64,000 nucleotides of DNA, from contig JADFYG010000002.1 in NCBI GenBank assembly GCA_015233155.1, positions 110,734-174,733 of the forward strand, given 5' to 3'. Position numbers and translations under genes: made by a program. The notes under the pieces are model-generated. The model searched no databases and was not told where the DNA came from. It was given only the letters and a program-made list of their open reading frames with translations. The DNA is from Candidatus Rifleibacteriota bacterium. Its GTDB lineage: Bacteria; Muiribacteriota; Ozemobacteria; Ozemobacterales; Ozemobacteraceae. This document shows positions 29,826 to 38,860 of the stretch, piece by piece (position 1 is the first letter of the stretch; each line of letters opens with the position of its first letter).

Positions 29826-31457
29826 TTAATACCACTGTTTCAGGATACTTCCCGGGAAGTAGTGTGCAAGAATCCGGTCGTAGCTCCAACCGCGTTTAGC
29901 ACGACTCTGGGCCCCCGTCTGACACATTCCCACCCCGTGACCGAAGCCGGCTCCAGACAAGTCAGCACTTATGATGAACCCTGCCGCGTCACGATTCCAT
30001 GTCGCCACAAAGCAGGAACTGCGCAATCCACCCAACAGTTTTCGAATATTCAATTCTTTCATGATTGTTCGGGAGCCGCGCTCGCCAATAAATGTGAGTC
30101 GATATATTCGACCTGAATAACCGCGGGCAATATCTGTAATTTTCTGGATTCGTCCTACGCCGATCGCATTTTCTATATTTTTCCAGTCGATCGTTGAAAA
30201 TGTTTTCTTCCAGCGAAAATTGACTCCTCCCTCAACTGATGTGTCACCGCAGTAACAATCGGGAGGAGTATTGATGAAAACACCAACCTGCTGTTCCTCA
30301 GATAGATCCAGGTTTTGCGTGGTAACCGAATCCCAGTCCCCTTTCAGAATAGGGCTGGGAGGTGTAGACCAGACTATATCACACGCCTCACCATGCCCTC
30401 CGCAGTTACCCGAATATACCGCTCCCACAACTCCTCCGCTTGAACTAACCATGATAATTCCATGCGTTGGAGCAATTTTCTGAGCTATGATTGCTCCCTG
30501 GGAGGTTTCTCCTGCAAACACCTGACAATGTTGTTCAGAACAAATATCGAAGCCTTCGCCTGCATGAGAAGAACCTATTTTGCTCAGAATGTCTCCGCGA
30601 GCGGCAACTGCCTGGGCCTGCAAAGCACCTATTTCAGATTTTCCGGAGATTTCAGAAGGAACCACGCCAACAAGAATGTTTTCCAGCGAAGTTGTCAGAA
30701 CACAGTCGACAGCATCCTGGGCTCCCCATCGGTAAATCATCGGTCCCCGATAGGTGCGATCCTCGAATCCATGCCAGGAATAACCTGCGGCATATTCAAC
30801 TTTTTTCATAAGAACGGTTTGTGCTGGCGACAACAATAATTCATCGCCTTCCGCTTGAATCTGGCCATTTATCGTAAGAGTCAGGCGACCTTGAGAACGA
30901 CTGACGATTTCCACAAATATCCAGCTTGATTTCCCTTGGGAAGCGAGTTTATCAACCAGTGCCTGGGCGGACTGGTAATCTGAAAATACTCCCACATCCG
31001 CCTTCACATCTCGATTGTCTACAACTATCGTCTTGCCATCAGAAGCGACAAACTGCTCGCCTAAAATCATGGTATGAACTTGAAAACCCTGGGCTTCCCA
31101 TTCCGCAACGGTCTCATTTACCTTGCTCGTATCAGCTGCTCTCACTGAAGCGACCATTACATGGTAACGTTTCACTGCACGCTTTTCGAGAACACCTGAC
31201 AAATTACAATTCGCTTGCGCAGGCACTGAACCGGTTTTATCTCCCAATGCCCAGCTTCCCCCCTGTGCGCAAATGAAATCAATATTAGTGGCATATTGGG
31301 CGACTTTTATGGCAATCTGGCGCTCAGCGGCTGTAGCCGGCAAAGAGGCAACCAACAAAGCTCCAAAAATAGCATACAATGCTACTCCGAGGGTTCGGCG
31401 AAAGAGAGTATGAAATGGCAACATGCGCTGGCTCCTCAAAAAGCTCAGGATTCTCAT
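29826..31457 (-). CDS. SpoIID/LytB-domain protein (peptidoglycan-remodelling)
   Basis: YSGNCGGHGEACDIVW matches the conserved SpoIID CGGHTE-type motif. Signal peptide present; C-terminal GHGVGMCQTGA. Confidence 0.75.
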   Translation of the reverse strand: MRILSFLRSQRMLPFHTLFRRTLGVALYAIFGALLVASLPATAAERQIAIKVAQYATNIDFICAQGGSWALGDKTGSVPAQANCNLSGVLEKRAVKRYHVMVASVRAADTSKVNETVAEWEAQGFQVHTMILGEQFVASDGKTIVVDNRDVKADVGVFSDYQSAQALVDKLASQGKSSWIFVEIVSRSQGRLTLTINGQIQAEGDELLLSPAQTVLMKKVEYAAGYSWHGFEDRTYRGPMIYRWGAQDAVDCVLTTSLENILVGVVPSEISGKSEIGALQAQAVAARGDILSKIGSSHAGEGFDICSEQHCQVFAGETSQGAIIAQKIAPTHGIIMVSSSGGVVGAVYSGNCGGHGEACDIVWSTPPSPILKGDWDSVTTQNLDLSEEQQVGVFINTPPDCYCGDTSVEGGVNFRWKKTFSTIDWKNIENAIGVGRIQKITDIARGYSGRIYRLTFIGERGSRTIMKELNIRKLLGGLRSSCFVATWNRDAAGFIISADLSGAGFGHGVGMCQTGAQSRAKRGWSYDRILAHYFPGSILKQWY

Positions 31458-31610
31458 ACGAAGTTACTACATATTATACCTCGCAGAAGATAGACTCCGG
31501 AGTAAATATTTATTGTTTGAAATATTAACCCTAAATTATTCATGATTCCCCCTTGGAGGTACCCCAATATTTGGAGTATAATATTACAAGCTAAAAATAA
31601 GGAGCTGGAA

Positions 31611-32615
31611 ATGGGAAAATGGTCGCGCTTTTTTTTCCTTATTCTTTCCGTGGGCTTGTTCATGGCGATTTCTCCCCTTGAGGCAACGGAAGACTCCTCA
31701 AGTTATCAGGTCGCAGTGAATCCGGATTTTCTACTCGAGGGGCAATCCTATGGTCAGTTTGAAACGCCAGTGTACAATCTCGATCAGGAGCTGGACAATC
31801 TGCTGATATCGGTAGACATGATCAAGGCTCCCAACTCTCTGGTTCGTTCTTATGCCCGATTTTTAAATCAAAAGACTGGCCGCTGGACTCGATATCAGGC
31901 CTTTGACGGTGAATTCCATTTTGCTGATATTACTCCCGTTTCCGCTTATCAATTGATGTTTGTGGTTCGCGATCCCGACAAAGGAAAAACAGAGATTAGG
32001 CGTTTTACGGTTCAAGGGACAAAACTGGGCGAAGCAATCATGGAAGCTCTTTCTCAAAAACCAGCTCAATTCAATGCAGCCAGGGTTTGGCCAAAACCAT
32101 CGATTGTTTCACGTGAAGGCTGGAAAGCACGACCTCCCAAGGCGGAATACACCCCTCACCAGCCGCAAAGGATCGTTATACATCACAGCTGGAGTCCCAC
32201 CCAGGCACAATACACTGGCGCCGCCACTATTCGCGGAATTCAAAATTATCATATGGATGACCCAAGCACCGGGTGGATGGATATCGGTTATCATTTCCTG
32301 ATCGGCCCCGAAGGTATCATATATCAGGGTCGCCCGGAAACGGTCGTCGGAGCTCACTGTCCACCAAATACGAATATGGTTGGTATTTGCATCATCGGAA
32401 ATTACGATCCGAATGCAGACAATGTCAACGCAAAGATCGAATCATCCCTTACGAATCTTCTTTCCTGGCTGTCTTCAACCTATCACATCGATCCTCGCGT
32501 TAATTATTTTGGTCATCGCAATTTTTCCACAAAAACATGCCCGGGCGATATCGTCTATAACCGGCTTCCACTCTATGAGGAGCAAGTTATTAAAAACATA
32601 GGAGAGCTGAAATAA
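31611..32615 (+). CDS. N-acetylmuramoyl-L-alanine amidase (Amidase_2/PGRP fold)
   Basis: IVIHHSWSP, GYHFLIGPEGIIYQGRP, GAHCPPNTNMVGICIIGNY, KTCPGD. The signal peptide begins at MGKWSRFFF. Confidence 0.85.
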   Translation: MGKWSRFFFLILSVGLFMAISPLEATEDSSSYQVAVNPDFLLEGQSYGQFETPVYNLDQELDNLLISVDMIKAPNSLVRSYARFLNQKTGRWTRYQAFDGEFHFADITPVSAYQLMFVVRDPDKGKTEIRRFTVQGTKLGEAIMEALSQKPAQFNAARVWPKPSIVSREGWKARPPKAEYTPHQPQRIVIHHSWSPTQAQYTGAATIRGIQNYHMDDPSTGWMDIGYHFLIGPEGIIYQGRPETVVGAHCPPNTNMVGICIIGNYDPNADNVNAKIESSLTNLLSWLSSTYHIDPRVNYFGHRNFSTKTCPGDIVYNRLPLYEEQVIKNIGELK

Positions 32616-32646
32616 GCTCTGGTTGATTATTCGAATAAAAAAAACC

Positions 32647-32688
32647 AACACTTTTTCGGTGTTGGTTTTTTTTATCGTTATTATCTAT
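32647..32688. terminator. Bidirectional Rho-independent terminator
   Basis: AAAAAAAA-CCAACAC-TTTTTCG-GTGTTGG-TTTTTTTT, between convergent amidase (+) and epimerase (-) genes. Confidence 0.6.
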
Positions 32689-32689
32689 A

Positions 32690-33778
32690 TCAATCCCAGG
32701 ACACACCATCGATCCCATCGATTCCAAGTCCGGGAGCATCCGGGACGGTGAGCCAGGGACCATCAATTGAGATTCCACCACGCACGGGATCCTGACTGCA
32801 AAGCGATGGGCTATCGAGATCGCATTTTGTGATTATGCTTTTAGCACAAGCGAGATGAACTGCTGCGGTCACGCTCAATTTGCTCTCCATCATGCATCCC
32901 ATGAAACACTCCACACCATGGAGTTCTGCAACAGAACAGATCCTGAGTGCTGAACGCAATCCGCCGGTTTTCATGAGCTTGATGTTTACAAAGTCGGCAG
33001 CCTTCATTGCAATGATTTGCTCCGCATCGAGAGCCGAGAACACGCTTTCATCCGCAAGAACGGGCGTGGCAATCGATTCCTTAACCTGTTTCAAACCTTC
33101 TAAATCGTGCGCAATTACAGGCTGTTCCAGGAGTTCAATACCAAGATCAGCCTTCTCAAGAACTTTCATGATATTAACAGCTTCTCGCACCTTCCATCCC
33201 TGATTTGCATCTACTCTGATCAAAACGCTCGTTCCGACGGCTTCGCGTACGGCTCGAATCCGCTCTATGTCAAGCTCCGGTTCGAGTCCGACCTTTATTT
33301 TCAAAATCCTGAAACCGCGCTGCACTGCTTCCAGGCTGTCCTGGGCCATCTCCTTCGGACTGTTGACGCTGATAGTGAGATCCGTTTCCACTTTTCTTCT
33401 GAAGCCTCCGAAGAGTTTGAAAAGAGGTATTCCGTAAAGTTTGCCGAAGAGATCATGTACCGCCATATCCACGGCGGCTTTTGGACTTCCATTCTTCACG
33501 CAGGACGTGTCGAGGGCATTGAGAGTGTCTTCCAGATTGTCGATTCTTTTCCCCTTCAGTCGCGGCGCAATGTATTCATGGATTGCTCCGCGTATGCTGC
33601 CGAGAGAATCGCCTGTGATTGGCCCGGTGGGCGGTGCTTCACCGAAACCGACGACTCCGGTATCCGTGTCAACCGCCACAACAATTGTAAGAAGACGCTC
33701 GACCGTACGAAGTGCGGTCTTAAAAGGCTTTCTCAATGGAACTGAAAGAGTTCCTGTTCTTATGTTTGTTATAATCAA
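32690..33778 (-). CDS. L-Ala-D/L-Glu epimerase (enolase superfamily, mandelate racemase/muconate lactonizing enzyme family; YkfB-like)
   Basis: The N-terminus …TGTLSVPLRKPFKTALRTVERLLTIVVAVDTDTGVVGFGEA matches the dipeptide epimerase N-terminal sequence. KIKVG, VDANQGW, LEQP, DES, KLMKTGG catalytic motifs. The likely start is TTG at 33778, preceded by GGAGGA. Confidence 0.85.
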   Translation of the reverse strand: MIITNIRTGTLSVPLRKPFKTALRTVERLLTIVVAVDTDTGVVGFGEAPPTGPITGDSLGSIRGAIHEYIAPRLKGKRIDNLEDTLNALDTSCVKNGSPKAAVDMAVHDLFGKLYGIPLFKLFGGFRRKVETDLTISVNSPKEMAQDSLEAVQRGFRILKIKVGLEPELDIERIRAVREAVGTSVLIRVDANQGWKVREAVNIMKVLEKADLGIELLEQPVIAHDLEGLKQVKESIATPVLADESVFSALDAEQIIAMKAADFVNIKLMKTGGLRSALRICSVAELHGVECFMGCMMESKLSVTAAVHLACAKSIITKCDLDSPSLCSQDPVRGGISIDGPWLTVPDAPGLGIDGIDGVSWD

Positions 33779-33814
33779 GGTGTTCCTCCAGATACAAGGC
33801 CGTATTTGCAATCA

Positions 33815-33915
33815 GCGGCAGATTTTATACCAATCACAAAATGTCTGTGCACACTCTACGGGCAACCCACCGGGCGCCCCTACGACATCATTACCAACGT
33901 ATTTAGGTATAACAA
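33815..33915. repeat. Copy B of the ~100-nt palindromic intergenic element (between ykfC-like and ykfB-like genes)
   Basis: The core 33836-33871 is CAAAATGTCTGTGCACACTCTACGGGCAACCCACCG. It is flanked by ATTTTATACCAATCA (left) and AGGTATAACAAC (right, the inverted TTATACC arm). It overlaps the -35/-10 (TGCACA-16-TGgTATAAAAT) of the minus-strand epimerase promoter. Confidence 0.6.
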
Positions 33916-33926
33916 CGCGCGCCCAA

Positions 33927-35477
33927 TTATTCCAGCCTGAATTCACGCGCGGCATACAGACCTTCCATGTATGTTTTATTAGTTGAAAGGAATGTGGCAA
34001 CAAGGGGTGTCACAAGAACGCCTCTCGTTTTCGAACGTATTAGTTTTCCGCTCTCGTCCGGAGCGCTGAAGCCGGCAAAGTCATGGATTATGAAGTAATC
34101 TTTTTCATATTTCCAGAGATAGAGCATGGCATGTCCGCTCATATAGACGGGAGTCGCCGGGGGCAGACGATCGAACAGTTTTTTTCTTGCATCAAGATCC
34201 ATGTTTTCAGGTATCTCATAAGTTACGCCGAGTGCCTGCTTTCCCTGTTCTCCGGCATTTCGTGGAAGCATCACTCCCATGCTTCTGAAATTGTCCATTA
34301 TGAATGCACTGCAGTCTCGCGTGTTAAACATTCCGCCCCAACCATAACGTTGGCCAAGGAACTTGAATGCCTGGATAATTATGTTGCGCTTAGTGAGCGG
34401 AAGGAATCCGACGCGAACGTCATCCGCACGCGATATGAGACCAAGTCTCCACTCCAGTTGCCCATCTTTGCCACGTGCGGGAAGTTTGACCACATAATTT
34501 CCCGCGGGATGTTGCCCGCAAATCTCCGCAGGTATCTCATCTCGGGATGCAAGAGGGATTCTCACTCCCATATCGAGTTGAAGTTCAGAAATTTCAGGCT
34601 GGAATGGGTTGAATCCTGTGAAAACTCCCTTGCCGGTAACAACGAGAAAATCCTTCGTATCCAGATATGAAAAAAGCGTCTTACGGTCGGTCAAGGCGAC
34701 ATCACTTGCCGGAACCCAGGCACGATAATTGAATGCCTGAACAAAAAACCATTTTTTATCAGCACTTTCGTGGAGTATGGCAAGAGGTTCGACAGGGTAA
34801 AGAGCCGTTTCGACGAAACGGTCGAACTCATAGTCATCCGGCTCGGAAAAAACTCTATCGGAGCTGGGAAATGCCCTCATTTCCGTTCGTTTGACTGTGA
34901 TACCGAAACGAATGACAACGCTTTCCGGAATGGAATCCAGATTAAGAGCACGATTCAATGAATCGTAGTAACTGTCGGGGACTACTTTTCCAGTGAGATA
35001 TCTTGTTTTTGTCGGCCGGGCACTGACGCTTGCGATCATATCTCTAACTTCTTTTCCAGGCAAAACTCTACGGAATATTCGCAAGTCTTTCAGCATTTCA
35101 CACTCACGCAAACTCCTGTGGTTATATCGTTCGATTTCAATTGGCGACATTACTATTCTGTCTGGATCAGGAATACGGCTCACCCAGAAAGAGCTTTCAA
35201 GCATCTCCTGCGTCACTCCGGGAATATTCAGATCAAACTGTACGAATGTAGTCGAATGACCTTTTAAATTTTTTCTGCAAACGACATCGTCAGAGGCTCC
35301 AGCAATGACCACGCCTGAAGATAAACAGGCAAGGAGGAGAAAAAACGCCTGTCTCCAAACGCATGATCGCAGAATATGTATTTCTATTTGAGATTTTATA
35401 AACAATTTCATGTTATGCAATCGTACAGAGATTATCATATGTAAATAACTCCCTGAATCTAACTGTAGTCGGTCCAA
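33927..35477 (-). CDS. NlpC/P60 gamma-D-glutamyl-L-diamino-acid endopeptidase with N-terminal SH3b-like domains (YkfC-like)
   Basis: C-terminal catalytic Cys in GGMFNTRDCSAFIMDNFRSMG and His in SGHAMLYL. It pairs with the adjacent YkfB-like epimerase as in the B. subtilis ykfABCD cluster. Confidence 0.8.
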   Translation of the reverse strand: MDRLQLDSGSYLHMIISVRLHNMKLFIKSQIEIHILRSCVWRQAFFLLLACLSSGVVIAGASDDVVCRKNLKGHSTTFVQFDLNIPGVTQEMLESSFWVSRIPDPDRIVMSPIEIERYNHRSLRECEMLKDLRIFRRVLPGKEVRDMIASVSARPTKTRYLTGKVVPDSYYDSLNRALNLDSIPESVVIRFGITVKRTEMRAFPSSDRVFSEPDDYEFDRFVETALYPVEPLAILHESADKKWFFVQAFNYRAWVPASDVALTDRKTLFSYLDTKDFLVVTGKGVFTGFNPFQPEISELQLDMGVRIPLASRDEIPAEICGQHPAGNYVVKLPARGKDGQLEWRLGLISRADDVRVGFLPLTKRNIIIQAFKFLGQRYGWGGMFNTRDCSAFIMDNFRSMGVMLPRNAGEQGKQALGVTYEIPENMDLDARKKLFDRLPPATPVYMSGHAMLYLWKYEKDYFIIHDFAGFSAPDESGKLIRSKTRGVLVTPLVATFLSTNKTYMEGLYAAREFRLE

Positions 35478-35715
35478 TAAATCAGCAAAATAGTGTTCAT
35501 GCCTGTGTCAATATATCTTCACAGGGAATATTGCTTTAACGAAGTCTACCAGAGAAGGAAGAACGTTACAAGAAATGATGTGGAATACAGGCATCAAAAG
35601 TAATTTTTCGCAGCAAAGTCAGATCACTTTAGATAATGGTCAGACTGATATAATTGACTTGAAAAATTATGCTGCTAAAATTCCATATAATTTATCAGTA
35701 AAGACAGCCAAAAGG

Positions 35716-37053
35716 ATGAGAAAAATAACTATGCGCTCACTATGCCTCCGTCAGATTTGTGGAGTGGTAATACTGATTGTATTTCTGCCGTTTTTGGCCT
35801 CGGGCTCCGATGTGCTCCAAATGAGTGCAAAAGCCGTAAAGAGCCCGGTAGCAGGCATTGCCAGAATCACCAGTAAACAAATTTTGCCGGAACCGTCCTT
35901 CCCTGAACCTTCCGCAGGAAAGCCAGTGATCGACCCGACATTTGGAACTAGTTTGCAAAGGCTTACAGACGCTGGTCTGCTCAAGCAACCCGGGGTTGTC
36001 CCTGACTACTCGAAACGACAGGCCTTCAGTCCAGACGGCAAATATCTGTTATTGCGAAACACCGAGAGCCAGGCCCTGTTGTTTTCAGCCAAAGATTACA
36101 GCTTCATCAAACCGCTTGAGGGAGTTGCCGGCGAGGATCTGTTCTGGGATCCAAGACATCCGGGCACATTATTGTTTGCCATAGAAAATGTACTGTCTAG
36201 TTGCGATGTGGTTTCAGGCAAGATTAAAGAAATTCACCGTTTCGACGGGTATGCATTTGCCGATACACGCGGCGAAGGCAATCTTTCACTGGATGGCCGC
36301 TACTACGCCATTGCCTGTCGTACATATGATGCAAAATCCGGTGATGTTGGTTACAAGAATTTGCTGGTTTTCGATCTTCAGGAAATGCGTGAAATTGCAC
36401 GTCTGGCCTTTCCGCCGAAAATAGAAAACTTTGACTGGGTCTCGATATCTCCGCGCGGCAACTATGTCGTAGTTGATTACGCCGACACTGAAAAAGGACG
36501 TTTTCACGGAGTGGAAGTCTACGATCGCAATCTGAAAAATATATGGCAAAAACCACTTGGAGCCGGCCATAGCGACATTGGTCTTGATATTAATGGTGAC
36601 GAGGTATTGGTTATGGATATATATGACGAGCAACGCAATCAGACTCTGATCAAAAAGTTCCGACTATCTGACGGAAAAGAGACGGAGTTATTTGCCGTAT
36701 CTCCTTTATTCGATCTGCATATTTCGTGTCGAAATACCGCCAGGCCTGGCTGGTGTTATATAAGTACGTTCGATTATGTCCAACGCTTAACACATAACGC
36801 AAATGATTTTCTGCCATTCGAGGATGAGATTTTCGCGCTTTCTCTGGATGGCAACGCGACAACAGAGCGTCTGGCACATCACCATAGTCGTCGTTTTGCA
36901 CCAAATGCACCGGATGCCGATCATAGCTGTTATTTTGCTGAACCACACGCATCGGTAAGTCCTGAAGGCGATCGCATAATATTTGGCAGCAACTGGAATC
37001 ACGAAGTCAATAACGCCTCAGCCCTGGACACATTCCTGATTGATCTCCGTTAG
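35716..37053 (+). CDS. Secreted beta-propeller-like protein (hypothetical)
   Basis: Signal peptide MRKITMRSLCLRQICGVVILIVFLPFLASGS, then repeated about 40-aa strands rich in D/G/Y/V (…GNYVVVDYAD…, …DINGDEVLVMD…). Confidence 0.5.
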   Translation: MRKITMRSLCLRQICGVVILIVFLPFLASGSDVLQMSAKAVKSPVAGIARITSKQILPEPSFPEPSAGKPVIDPTFGTSLQRLTDAGLLKQPGVVPDYSKRQAFSPDGKYLLLRNTESQALLFSAKDYSFIKPLEGVAGEDLFWDPRHPGTLLFAIENVLSSCDVVSGKIKEIHRFDGYAFADTRGEGNLSLDGRYYAIACRTYDAKSGDVGYKNLLVFDLQEMREIARLAFPPKIENFDWVSISPRGNYVVVDYADTEKGRFHGVEVYDRNLKNIWQKPLGAGHSDIGLDINGDEVLVMDIYDEQRNQTLIKKFRLSDGKETELFAVSPLFDLHISCRNTARPGWCYISTFDYVQRLTHNANDFLPFEDEIFALSLDGNATTERLAHHHSRRFAPNAPDADHSCYFAEPHASVSPEGDRIIFGSNWNHEVNNASALDTFLIDLR

Positions 37054-37111
37054 CGCGCTTTCACAGTAGTTTCGATACTTCGATACTATCCGGCCATGAT
37101 TAACAAAGGAT

Positions 37112-37136
37112 GCTAACCGGTTAGCTGAGATTTTTT
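37112..37136 (+). terminator. Probable intrinsic terminator after the 35716-37053 gene
   Basis: GCTAACC-GGTTAGC palindrome followed by TGAGATTTTTT. Confidence 0.4.
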
Positions 37137-37262
37137 CCCTTCGGTCGAAATGACAGTATTGTTTGTCATTCCGAACGAATGTGAGGAATCTCGCTTGGCG
37201 TAAAGTCGTGAATATTTCGTCTTCTTTGGTAGTCATGTATCCGACTTAAATTTCGTCAGAGT

Positions 37263-38588
37263 TCATTCCTGATCAAAACCGTTCTCTGTACCCAATGCGA
37301 CGCGGGCCTCGGCAACAAGTTTGTCCACTTCCTCCTGAACTTTTTCGGAATCCAGACGAAATTTAGGAACATCAAGATATTGTGCAAAAATGCTGTCGCG
37401 AAGCAATTCCTTGGCTTCGAGGGTAGCCGGATATCCGTCTTCCAGAGCAGCAACATTGGATACAGCTTTCTCGACGCAGTTGAGAACCATCTGGTCCTCC
37501 AGATGTGACTTCAATAGTCGAACCTGCCCCAGGCTCTCGAACAGGCCTTGAGCTTGCGGAAATTTGCTTATGAGGCCATCGTCTTCCAGAGGAAACGGCG
37601 GCAAGCGCTGTAGCCAATAAGATCTTCCCTTGAAAGGAAGGTCGAGAGGCACATTTTCAAAGTTTGCAGCCAATGGTTCCGCGACGGGACCAAAGTGTGT
37701 CAGGTGAAATTTCTCCAGAACAGAGGATCCATACGATGTAGAGACCTTTGTTTCCTTGGTATTCGGGGCCTCAATGAATTCCTGTAACAAGTCGTGAATT
37801 TCACCTATTGTCATCAACCATCGAAAGCGAATGAGCAAAGCCTCCGCTTCCCGAATTTTGCTGGCTATTGCAAATACCTTATCCTCAGGAGTCGAATCCA
37901 TGGAAAGAATCGCATAAACGTTATTGCGCCATATTATGGAGGCTGTTTCGAGAGAAACAATCGCATATTTTCGAATGCGCTCCGTAAGAACCTTTACAGC
38001 CGCTAAAAAGCTGTCAGAAGATCTTTTCAGATCCGGACTACTTTTTGTCCAGTCGCGTTCAAAAATAGATCCCGTTATCGATCTCAGGCTTTCCAGCAAT
38101 TCTTCCAACTGGTTTTCCAGCTTGAAATGTACAGAATATGGCGCCAAACCAATTTTCATTTGCAGCCGCTTCGACAAATATGCGGTAAAAACAGCCCGCA
38201 GAAAGACTACGCTATCATATCCCACATAAACCAACCCGGCCCAAAACAACATAAAACTGATCGGAAAAGCAAAATGCAGGAAAAGAAAGAGACCTCCGAA
38301 TATGACCGACAGAAAGGAAAAACCAAGATATGGATTCTGAAATACTGTGTTCAGGTGTTGCCATAGTTCGTTGCGAATATTTTCTACAAGGCTGTTTTTC
38401 GGATCAACTGACTCGCACATCCCACTAAACTGTTGCGGAACAAGGGGGTTGGCAAGCAAAAATTCCTGCTCAAGAGCGTTAAGATCTTCTTTTTTCGGCC
38501 GCATCAACCCACACAAGGGACAGACCTGGGCATTATGTAGCAATGACGCCCGACATCGCCGACAACACGATTTCAGTAAGTACTTCAT
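37263..38588 (-). CDS. Hypothetical membrane protein with N-terminal zinc-ribbon
   Basis: N-terminal CCRRCRASLLHNAQVCPLCG; two central TM helices (FSFLSVIFGGLFLFLHFAFPISFMLFWAGLVYVGY). Confidence 0.55.
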   Translation of the reverse strand: MKYLLKSCCRRCRASLLHNAQVCPLCGLMRPKKEDLNALEQEFLLANPLVPQQFSGMCESVDPKNSLVENIRNELWQHLNTVFQNPYLGFSFLSVIFGGLFLFLHFAFPISFMLFWAGLVYVGYDSVVFLRAVFTAYLSKRLQMKIGLAPYSVHFKLENQLEELLESLRSITGSIFERDWTKSSPDLKRSSDSFLAAVKVLTERIRKYAIVSLETASIIWRNNVYAILSMDSTPEDKVFAIASKIREAEALLIRFRWLMTIGEIHDLLQEFIEAPNTKETKVSTSYGSSVLEKFHLTHFGPVAEPLAANFENVPLDLPFKGRSYWLQRLPPFPLEDDGLISKFPQAQGLFESLGQVRLLKSHLEDQMVLNCVEKAVSNVAALEDGYPATLEAKELLRDSIFAQYLDVPKFRLDSEKVQEEVDKLVAEARVALGTENGFDQE

Positions 38589-38860
38589 TTCTGTTCTGAC
38601 TTTCCTGTAAATTCAGTATTTCCCGGGCGGGTTACTCAGAAAACGCTCTGCACCATGATATTCTCATATGATTTTTAAAAGCAAGCATGATAGAATTTCA
38701 TTCTCGAAAAAAACAGGATAAAACCAGACACTGTCAATTTAGTGACGTGAAAGAAACAATCCAAAATTTCCAATTCTCAGAACGAGATTAATAAAGTATA
38801 CTGCGCGAGATTTCAACCTTTAACCATCTGGAACAGATGGGACTCTAGAAAATAATCGGG

